From contig OZ024743.1 of assembly GCA_964016885.1 (NCBI GenBank), forward strand, positions 224,254,001 through 224,318,000: a stretch of 64,000 bases of DNA, in the 5' to 3' direction. This DNA comes from Eledone cirrhosa (taxonomy: Eukaryota). Positions 57,242 through 64,000 of the stretch are shown here, piece after piece (the stretch's first letter is position 1; each line of letters opens with the position of its first letter). Under the pieces are notes generated by a model. It was given only the letters and a program-made list of their open reading frames with translations. It did no database searches and was not told where the DNA came from. Position numbers and translations under genes: made by a program.

Positions 57242-59219
57242 CTAGCAGAAGTACCCGGCGTTGCCCGGGTGTAAGTCGACCTTTGATCTGTTAGAATGTG
57301 TGAAAGTTACTCCCCGCGCATCACAAGTTCAAAACTTCGAACTTCAATGAAAAAAAATAGGTTAGTAGACGCAGGTGTGTAATTTATTAATTGTAGTTAC
57401 ACAGTGTATCGTTGAAATTGTTCACTGCACGACTGACGGAAGTCAAAATCGCTTGATATTGAATGTTCAGTGAATTTAAAGCAGGGTGAAAATGTCGATT
57501 TTTTTTCAGGGTTTTTTTTTTTTTACAATTTTTGCGCTCACATGTGCAGAAGAAGAATTAAAAGGGCCTTTATCTTAACCGCGGCATAATGGCGAGTCTT
57601 TTGTGACAGTTTTCAAGAATATCGGACGTTCCTGTAAAAAGTTTTCCCATGTGTAACTTTGCCTTGTATTTTTGCGCAAAGTCGAGCCCCGCTTCCGTTT
57701 TATTGATTTTTTACATCAATGCGTGACCTCTGAAGTAGATTTGAGTAGCTAAAAACCTGTCCCGGTAAATTTGCTATAGGTGAAAAAAAGTTGATCAAAA
57801 TTGTGTCTAGGGTTATTGCCCTTTGCAACAGCCTCAACGTTTCTTCAAGTATGGTTTGTTAATTTGCTGTGGAACTAAATCTACTTTCGTCAAATCGGAC
57901 CGAGGAATCAATGTTTCCATTTCTCTTTCTAGCTAGTGTACCCGGATACACACGGGTTTATAAGGCGCTGGATTTAAATAAATGAAGAACAAACGTTTCC
58001 TTTTGTGCTCCAATCTGTGATATTGGTATTTTGAAAAAATAGTCCACAAACATCCATGGAGCATGTGTAACGCATGAATCAGGTTATGAGAAAAAGGGTT
58101 TTCGATTCTCCATACATAAGTTACAAAAAAATTGCACGCAAATAAAACGGGATTTTAAGGCACTGCCCAATTCATAACTGAAAGGTAAGAATCAAGTGGA
58201 ATAATGTTTTGCAACATTGTCAAATGTACAACCGTACAAAAGCAAAGGATATAGCCATTGAAATCCAGGTAGACCAAAGAATTTGGTGGTGTTGTATATA
58301 ACAGGATTGTTTCCCTTGTGATTCGCGTCTACCCTACAAAGTAAAGTTAAGTGATTGTAGTCGGTGTTGTATAAAAAAATAAAAGCATACGGCAGATTGA
58401 ACACTTACGAATTAAGTGAAAATCACGTTGATATTCCTATCGTAGCAAAATGTGCCGAAAAACCTGACGGATTGTAGTGTCAATATTGAAATCGTAGAAA
58501 TTGCGAATCCCGACCTATAAGATATAATGGCTAGGCCTTGGAGGTGAAGGGGAAGAATTGGTTTGCTGAACATTTTGACCATTAATTTAAACAGACATGC
58601 GGTTTGGTTGTTTATGACCTAGAATAATTATAAATTAAGTAATTTTTTAGAACCTTTTGTTTAAAAAAGGAAAACATTGGATACGGACGTAACATTTTTT
58701 ACAACTTTGTATGTGTACAATACAACTTGGTCAACGTATTATTTAGTAATTTTTTTTTTCAAAAAGCATGATTATTTAAGACTGTTTGAAAATTTACTCA
58801 CAGCATTTAGCATCACAAAAGACACCATTAAATTTGGTTCCCTTTTCAGATAGGGATAATACTGTATTTCCACTTGAATAAGGTGGAATATGAAAAGATA
58901 AACTCTTTAATGGTCGGTCGTTTACTGAGACAGCTGGCCGTCCAATCAATAACGCACGTCCTTATATGGGCATATGAAATTTATTTTTATTGCGCCAGAT
59001 GTAAACTAAGAGTTCTTGTGTTCGAATTCACATAAAATTTCATTGGAATCGAAAAACATTGTCATAGGGCCCGATTATCGATTTTTCGAAAATTCCAAGT
59101 AGCCTATTCCACTCTACGCGTTTAGTTTTATATATGTATGAGGTTTCATGAAAATTGGATGAACGGTGTAGCATGCAAGTTGGGAACACAAAACAATGCC
59201 CATCTTCACTTTATATAGA
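57242..59219 (-). mobile_element. Non-autonomous Helitron (~2 kb)
   Basis: Minus strand: A|TCTATATAAAG...ACCCGGGCAACGCCGGGTACTTCTGCTAG|T. Confidence 0.85.
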
Positions 59220-60350
59220 TATTACCGTCATTACTGATACAAGATTACAAGATTATGTCAACTGTTGACTTTCAAGAGTTTGTATAGTTGAAGCCGTTCG
59301 TATTACAGTCCAGTATTATTATAATTGCTTTACAACATAGAGCTATTGCTCTCCACGCTCTGAGCTTAAATCCCGCCGAGGTCAACCTTGCCTTTCATCC
59401 TGACGGAGTCAACAAAAGAGAGTACCAGTAATGCGCTGGACCAGTCGCTGGATCCGTGCCAAAAGCAGAAAAATTATTATTATTAAAGTTGTTTTCTTAA
59501 GGCCCGGTCGCTGGTGATGGTGATGGCGGCGGTGGTGGTGATGGTGGTGGCAGTTGATGTTGTTGTTGTGTTGTGTGCGTGTGTGTGTTTTGTTATTTTG
59601 AGTTTTTTTGTTTGTTTGTGGGTTTTTTTTTATCGTTTGATGCTGCTGCTGTTGTTGTTGTTGTAAATGTTCATTTCAATTCATTCTGAAGCTGTTGTTG
59701 CTGTGAACATTAGTGCCGGTGTTGTAGATGTTGGGGTTGAAATCTGGTCGTTTGACTGAGTGATGTATATACACACATATACATACATATATATATGTCC
59801 AGAATTAGCCGTCGAAACGGCTTGAGCTCAGCCGTCGGGGTCCTACTCGTTCCTATTACCCACTCTACTACCCTAAGTATTGAGTACTTTGGTGCGTCAT
59901 GGTCCATCTGGTTCCTTACCACATTTCCTTCGTTATATATATATATACACATTCAACACAGAGTAGAGAGTTTGACAACAGGTCGATGACTTTAGTCTAG
60001 ATAGGGTAATGACATGTGATGGTGGGGAGAGAGTGTAGACGTTATCGTGGTGGTGGGGGACAGTGAGATGTATCTAGTTCATTTGTCCGTTTTCTTCTCT
60101 TTGCAAAATTTGAATTTTAGCCATGTTATATTGAGATGTAAGTAAATGTAAAATGTAAAATATAAATAAGGATTGCTCTGGTAAAATATACTAAAATATT
60201 TGTGTAACTTCCACAAACTTCTGTCGTGACATTCCCGAGTCTAGTGACCAAAAAATTGTTGTATTTTGATGTTTCAGAATACAAAAATTAATTAAAAACT
60301 TACCCCACGAAAAGACAGCGGGTGTTGTCCTATCTATAAGCTCCCTCATC

Positions 60351-60396
<46 letters not shown>

Positions 60397-60499
60397 CACT
60401 GATGAGGGACTAATTTTATAATATGTAATCCATGTGCAACCATGCAGTATTCTTCTTCCCCTTGTTTTTCATATATATATATATATATATTTATAAATG

Positions 60500-60666
60500 A
60501 AAGGTATAGATGCAGGATACAACCATGTGGTATTGAATTTGTTCTTTTGTTGGAACATGGTGTTGGTAACACACAGAACCAGCTCCTCACACATCTGCAG
60601 CAGGAGAATACCATTGTTGTTACACTTTCCCACCCCATGCCTTCCGATTACATTCCATGTGTTAAA
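60500..60666 (-). mobile_element. RTE-BovB-like endonuclease fragment
   Basis: Near copy of 55395-55557. Confidence 0.8.
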
Positions 60667-61751
60667 ATGCTCTAACCACTAAGCCATGTGCCTCCATATA
60701 TATATACATATGTGTATATATATATGGAGGCACATGGCTTAGTGGTTAGAGCCTTGCAATCGAAAGGTTGTGAGTTCAATTCTCAAACCGGGTGATGTGT
60801 TGTTTCCTTGAGCAAGACACTTTATTTCACATTGCTCCAGTTTACTCAGCTGTAGAAATGAGATGATAGGGACTGGGGTCCATATCATTCCACTGCAAAT
60901 TGATCATGGAGGTGCCACGGCAAAAAAACACCCAGCACTCACTGTAAATGAGGTTGGTGTTAGGAAGGGCATCTAGCTGTAGAAATCAAGCCAGAATCAG
61001 TTCCCGTCCCGCCCTTGCAAGCAGGGAAAAACGGACGTAAAATTATGATGATATATATGTGTATATAAATGAAAAATGGCAAATGGCATGCTGCGTTGTT
61101 ACAAATGGGATACATATGAATAAAATTAGAGCAAGAAGACAGGACTGTCCGTCATCAGTGATCTTCCAGCCATCATCGGTATTTCTTCGCATTAAAGACC
61201 ATATACAACGCAGCACGCCATTTTCCATTTTTCATTTATATTTTTCCCTCCGCTGTGACCAGTCTGTTTCTTTCTTACTGCTATCCTTTCTCTCTCCTTG
61301 TATCTTTTACCTTCATTCACCCCCTCTGCCAGTCACCCTCACTTGGCTGGCCTCTTCCCTACACTTTCACTCACTCACTCTCTGCTACTGCCCCTCTCTC
61401 ACTTCCTCCCGTCTGACCTGTGTGAAATCCTTTTCTCGCTCACATTTCACAGGGTCTGGACGCGTCTGTCTCTCCTCGTCCACAATTTGTCGAACTTAAG
61501 TTCACAGATATCACGGACTTGTTTCTCATCTTCCTCTCTTTCCGTTGCATTACCATCTCTGTGTGTTTACATGTCTCGCTTTCTCACCCAATTCTACTTG
61601 TCCCAATAACTTTTTTTAGTTATTGCTCACACCAGCCTGAGGTATATGGTCTTTAATGCGAAGAAATACCGATGATAGCTGGAAGATCACTGATGACGGA
61701 TAGTCCTGTCTTCTTGGTCTAATTTTATTCATATGTGTATATATATATACA

Positions 61752-61861
<110 letters not shown>

Positions 61862-61986
61862 TATATGTATATATATATATATACACACACACACATATAT
61901 GTATATGTGTGTGTATATATATATATATATATACACATATATGTGTATATATATATATAAATATACATATATGTGTATATATATGC

Positions 61987-62021
<35 letters not shown>

Positions 62022-62051
62022 TATGTGAGTGTATATATATATATATATATG

Positions 62052-62201
<150 letters not shown>

Positions 62202-62489
62202 TGTGTGTGTATATATATATGTGTGTATATATATATGTGTATCCACTGAATTATTTTTGTATAAGTTCCCTGTGTCCACGCATAGCCAGGTATGTTAGCT
62301 GAGAACAGACTTCCTGATGACGAAACGGCTTCTCCATGCTTTCCATTTGGAAACCATGTTTATTCCCTTTCGGAAACTAATTAGTTGGAGTAAAATTTTA
62401 GTAAATAAATTTTTATAATTTTCTTATTTTACGTCATTTTTATATATATATATATATAAAGAAAAAGAGATGTAATCGAAAATGCAACT

Positions 62490-64000
62490 GAAGTCTTATT
62501 TAAAAAAAATATATATATATTTATTTGGTTCCTTTACCGGTTTCGCAGTTCTTCTGCTTTTCAAAAGGTGAGTTGAGATGGAGGGTCTGTGGTTTTTCTC
62601 ACATCTGGTTGGTCTCTGAATGTTACTTGTTTTATATGGAAAAAGTGGCTCGAAATTCCAGGTCTTTCGAGAAGTAATTTGATTGGTTTGTCAATAATTA
62701 TAATAAATTTCGCGCCAGTTCGCGTTACAATAGTTCTTCAAATAAGAGAGGGGGGGGGGGTTGTCACAGGTTGTTTTTTCATATATGAGTGTTTGAATTT
62801 CTTTTTACTTGAAAAAAGGAGGCTCACGAAGGCTTTTTTGGGGTTGGTTATAAATGAAATTTGGCTGTCACGTGAACAAGTTTTTATTACATTTTTGCGC
62901 CCTTATTTGGAAAACTATTCTGTAGTCTTTATAGTGAATGTTATGACAATGGAGAGATAGTGGTCAAGAGAAAAGGGATTGGGAGAAATGTTCTGGTTCA
63001 GTGAATATGGCCAGCTCACCTGGGTGTCAGAGTTCAGATTTTGTATTGAGACTGAAGATATGTATGTTTATTTGTGTGCTTGTGTGTGTGTATGTGTGTA
63101 TTGGAAGATGATTCTATTAGTAGAGATGGGGGAGGGAGTTGTGTGTGTGTGTATATGGGTGTTATGTGTGTGCGAGTATGTTAAGATGGAGAGAATATAT
63201 ATTTTGTGTGTGTGTATATATATATATGTGTGTAGGAAAGTGGTTCTATTAGTAGAAATGGGGAGGGAGTTGTTATGTGTGTGTATGGGTGTTATGTGTG
63301 TGGGAGTATGGTTAGCATGTTAAGATGAAGAGAATATATATACATATATATTGTGTGTGTGTGTATGTGTGTGTGTAGGAAAGTGATTCCTTTAGTAGGA
63401 ATATTTTTGAATGAACATATTTTCCTTACTTTTTCATGTTTGCTGTTGTATTGCCAGTGCAAACGTATGTTAAGGTTTATTTAGTTCGGGTTTTTATTTT
63501 CTAAAGTAGAAGGTGTTATGTGTGTGTGTGTATGTCATATTGTGGTGTTGACATAATGTATATTAAACCTTATTTAATGTTGGTCTATATTTTTGAATAA
63601 ACATATTTTCCTTATTTATTCGCATTTGTTCTGTTGTATTGTTAGCGCAAAGGTAAAATGGGAAGACTTGGAATTTGGGTGTCTTATTACTTGCGCAAAT
63701 GTCTAGATGTGCACTTAGTGGTATCTGTCTCGTGGTTGGATCTCGTAATTACGAGATCCAACCACGAGACAGATACCACTAAGTGCACATCTAGACATTT
63801 GCGCAAGTAATAAGACACCCAAATTCCAAGTCTTCCCATTTTACCTTTGCGCTAACAATACAACAGAACAAATGCGAATAAATAAGGAAAATATGTTTAT
63901 TCAAAAATATAGACCAACATTAAATAAGGTTTAATATACATTATGTCAACACCACAATATGACATACACACACACACATAACACCTTCTACTTTAGAAAA
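62490..64000. mobile_element. Penelope-like element in inverted arrangement; palindrome centred at 63748/63749
   Basis: Each arm encodes LRDPTTRQIPLSAHLDICAS...FQVFPFY...RINKENMFIQKYRPTLNKV* (GIY-YIG C-terminus); 63497-64000 is self-complementary. Confidence 0.85.
62531..62568 (-). ncRNA. Minimal type I hammerhead ribozyme motif (U3-A8 variant)
   Basis: CCUU-UUGAAAA-GCAG(AAGAA)CUGC-GAAA-CCGG-UA-AAGG: perfect stems I and II, palindromic ACCGGU at stem III, at a Penelope 3' end. Confidence 0.75.

Overview
AT-rich, repeat-dense eukaryotic DNA. The (TA)n/(CA)n tracts, tRNA-derived SINEs with (GAT)n tails, RTE/CR1/Penelope retroelements and Helitrons point to a coleoid cephalopod, probably Octopus (inference). 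Two head-to-head spliced genes were reconstructed by hand. BBS7 (minus strand) has 15 GT-AG coding exons from the ATG at 35826 down to 1133, about 554 codons, and its 3' part runs off the window start. MED7 (plus strand) has 2 coding exons (40690-40806 and 42631-43173, 219 aa). The rest is mostly transposable-element debris: CR1, RTE, CRE, R4/Dong, Penelope, mariner, Tigger/pogo, Merlin, piggyBac-like MITEs, Helitrons and SINEs. The most interesting observations are: (i) Penelope-associated minimal hammerhead ribozymes with a compensatory U3-A8 core; (ii) a spacer-less perfect palindrome of at least 504 bp built from a Penelope GIY-YIG 3' end; (iii) a Penelope copy with a twin-priming-type 5' inversion; (iv) an unclassified 1.07-kb long-TIR element with GC-rich cargo between the two genes; (v) a tandem Helitron dimer nested in a MITE and a Helitron with two terminators; (vi) many inverted repeats around BBS7 exons; (vii) a possible Pol III small RNA. 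No database searches or folding were run. Family assignments come from recalled motifs, and coordinates were counted by eye.
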